64,000 nucleotides of DNA from assembly GCF_009914755.1 (NCBI RefSeq), contig NC_060925.1, one strand, 5' to 3'. The notes beneath the pieces are model-generated. The model saw nothing but the letters and a program-made list of their open reading frames with translations, did not search any database and had not been told where the DNA came from. Position numbers and translations under genes: made by a program. Positions 60,608-64,000 of the stretch are shown here, piece by piece. The DNA comes from the human T2T-CHM13v2.0 reference genome, Homo sapiens. The stretch's first letter is position 1; each line of letters begins with the position of its first letter.

Positions 60608-61701
60608 GGGTCAGAAGGAGAAACCTGAACCTGAGATCACCCAACTATACCCCGATGTGAAGCAGAATTAAGATACTTCACCAGTTGGCTCAAAGGCTAA
60701 CATTTTCAGAATTTTTTTCACCCTTCATAAAATCAAAGCAATCTTTACTTGTGCTCCATTTTCCAGCACCACTCTACTTTTTGTTGTTGTTGTTTTTAAC
60801 AGAGCTCTCTGAAGCTAACTTGATTTCATTTGCCAGTTCTGTGAGTAGTCCAGAATTTAATCTGTCCCATCCTAGAGACTTGAGCTCATTTAGGACAGCC
60901 AGGTAAACTCAACCATCTTCACGCTGTCGTTCAGTCTTAACAACGTTCCATCTTCTTCAACCGGAAGTTCATTCTTCTCAATAGGCAGAACTGAAACCAG
61001 TTAGGATTTGGAGAAGTCCTGCCTCCCTGTGTCTATTGTAGTGGACTTCCGTTAGGTTTTGGCAAACACACAACTCTCCACCTATGTTGTGGGGCATCCC
61101 GCATTGTGCAAGATATTGCTGATACATGACACCTTATCCACTCCCTCCTCCCGAAAGTCAAAGGGAAGAGAACCCACTGCGTGACATTTTCCTGCCTGGG
61201 AACTTGCAAAGGGCACAAGGGACACAAAGCAACCCAAAGGTGAAGGGCTGGTCAGGGACGCGCTCTCTTTGTGCTTTGGCAACAGCTGCCTCCCGGCCAC
61301 GCTGTTCTGCTAAGGGAGTGATTATTATATTTCCTCTTTCTTTCTTCTGATTTTTCTCCAATATACATAGTTCTTAATAAAAATTTCCTATACATACCTT
61401 TCTAATACACCTTTCTCACCTGAGAATGATTTCTAGATGTGGACTTGCTGGGTCAAAAATAACTCCTGAGGGTTCAGAGATGTATTAACAAATTGCTCTG
61501 AGGACACAATTACACTCTCAAGTAGAAACCACTTAATTTTGCCAACTTCATCATAAATTTTTACTCTGATAAAATTATAAGCTATATGTTTTTATTGTAA
61601 ATCTATCTATTTGTAAATCTCCCCATAAACTAGAAACCAGACACATAATTTTGAAGGCCATGTATTTCTTATTAGTTCTCCATAAAACCAATTCATACCA
61701 G

Positions 61702-62005
<304 letters not shown>

Positions 62006-62019
62006 AAAAATTGTGTCTT

Positions 62020-62808
62020 CATGAAAAATGCACGTCATCACTGGCCATCAGAGAAATGCAAATCAAGACCACAATGAGATACCATCTCACACCAGTTAGA
62101 ATGGCGATCATTAAAAAGTCAGGAAGCAACAGCTGCTGGAGAGGATGTGGAGAAATAGGAACACTTTTACATTGTTGGTGGGAGTGTAAACTAGTTCAAC
62201 CATTGTGGAAGACAGTGTGGCAATTCCTCAAGGATCTAGAAATAGAAATACCATTTGACCCATTTGACCCAGCCATCCCATTACTGTGTATATACCCAAA
62301 GGATTATAAATCATGCTGCTATAAAGACACATGCACATGTATGTTTATTGCAGCACTATTCACAATAGCAAATACTTGGAACCAACCCAGATGTCCAACA
62401 ATGATAGACTGGATTAAGAAAATGTGGCACATATACACCATGGAATACTATGCAGCTATAAAAAAGGATGAGTTCATGTTCTTTGTAGGGACATGGATGA
62501 AGCTAGAAACCATCATTCTGAACAAACTATAGTAAGGACAGAAAACTAAACATTGTATGTTCTCACTCATAGGTGGGAATTAATAATGAGAACACTTGGA
62601 CACAGGGTGGGGAACATCACACATGGGGGCCTGTTGTGGGGTGGGGGGAGGGGGGAGGGATGGCATTAGGAGACATCCCTAATGTAAATGATGAGTTAAT
62701 GGGGCAGCACACCAACATGGCACATGTATACATATAAAACAAACCTGCACATTGTGCACATGTACCCTAGAACTTAAAGTGTAATTTTAAAAATAAATAA
62801 ATAAAAAT
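62020..62808 (+). mobile_element. 5'-truncated L1PA4/5-like (~0.8 kb)
   Basis: ORF2 C-terminus ([11 protein letters not shown]...CWRGCGE...HCWWEC), 3'UTR and A-rich tail; TSD aaaaatt(gt/ac)gtctt; 9-bp ccatttgac duplication. Confidence 0.92.
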
Positions 62809-64000
62809 AAAAATTACGTCTTATTTGCCATCATGCCCTAGTAACTGTACAACATCTAACACACAGTTAGGTACATAATAAATATGGAAATAAATGAATT
62901 TGAATTGATGTCTGATGAGAAACCGGTTTTGAAAACCAATAACTTTACAGAGAATGTTATCAGTATTTTTTTTTCAAAATAAAAACTTCCTTAGTAACAG
63001 GACAAACAATTCAAGGAAGCAGGATTTCGCATCCTTGAATTATACTTCCAAGATTTTGCCAAACAATTTATTTTTTAATCTTTACTTTTGAATGAGTGAT
63101 TTATTGACAAAGTACAAACAAAACAGCAAACACCAATACAGAAGTGAAAGGAGAACTCCCCATGCCTAGGCCTGAATCCTCCGTTTTCCTTTCTAGAGGC
63201 AAGCGCTATTACAGCCAAACAACATTTTTCAATGGTATCAATTCACTACGAAGCATTTTCAAAATTCCATCAATCAACAAACACCATTCCTATAGATAAA
63301 GGCATGCTTTGCTAAGTTTTCTGCAAGTGCTCTTTCTGCCCTTGGATGAGGATGTAGCTCCATGATGATGAATGTCACCTGGAGATCAACATCATTTCCC
63401 ACACTACCCTTGTGAAAGGAGCAAACATCTGTGGAATGTCTGTCTGGCCTTCTCAAAGCAAGCATGAGAGCATGCTTGTGTGTTCCAAGGGTGACATCCA
63501 CTGGTGTACAATTATAACTGCAGGTAGCAGGCCTTCCAAGATCTTCAGATGAGAAATCCTTAACTCGAATGCTAACAGACACAGTGATTCTCAGACATTC
63601 ATCCATTACTCCTGACTTTCTAAACACAGTAGCCAGCCTTACCTATTTCGGATCACAGAAGAGAAGGTTGAATTGTTCTGCATCAGCCATAAAGATGTGC
63701 CTCTGGACAGTCATTCATCCATTTGTCTCACAAGTAATATTGAGAATGAACCAGATACATGCCAGTTACTGAACACCTCACACAGTATTAGGAACAACGA
63801 TGAAAAAAAAGCACAGTCCTACCCTCAAGGGCATTTTCAAATTTGAAAGAGAGGTGAAACATACACAGGTAACTATTGGATATGGCAGGACATGGCAACT
63901 TCTGCACTCACGTGTGCATGAATTTTGCCCTGATTTGTTATTTCATCTAGTCTTCACAACAATTTTTAAATATTGAAAATGTTACCATATTTTCAGCAGA

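Overview
Primate (very probably human) genomic DNA. Bases 1 to ~41,610 hold the 3' end of hemicentin-1 (HMCN1/fibulin-6) on the + strand. Fourteen coding exons were assembled by hand with GT-AG junctions and a continuous frame; they are exons 94-107 if the last is exon 107. They encode the nidogen G2 beta-barrel, the cbEGF array and the fibulin-type C-terminal domain, followed by a ~1.07 kb 3'UTR. The remaining ~22 kb is repeat-rich intergenic DNA (MaLR LTRs, MER75, L1, Alu). The most interesting structure is a full-length antisense L1PA3/4-like element in the intron between the G2 and EGF exons. Its antisense promoter and intact ORF0 face the downstream HMCN1 exons, and the first ORF0 splice donor is in phase 1, matching exons 98-106. 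This predicts an in-frame, signal-peptide-less ~585-aa ORF0-mini-fibulin fusion, and possibly L1 'gene-breaking' at the domain boundary. Other observations: inverted L1 and Alu pairs bracketing stop-free symmetric exons, a skippable exon carrying a furin motif, two extended miR-29 sites, and several short templated local duplications. Expression-level claims are predictions from sequence, and repeat subfamily calls come from recalled consensus sequences, not a RepeatMasker run.
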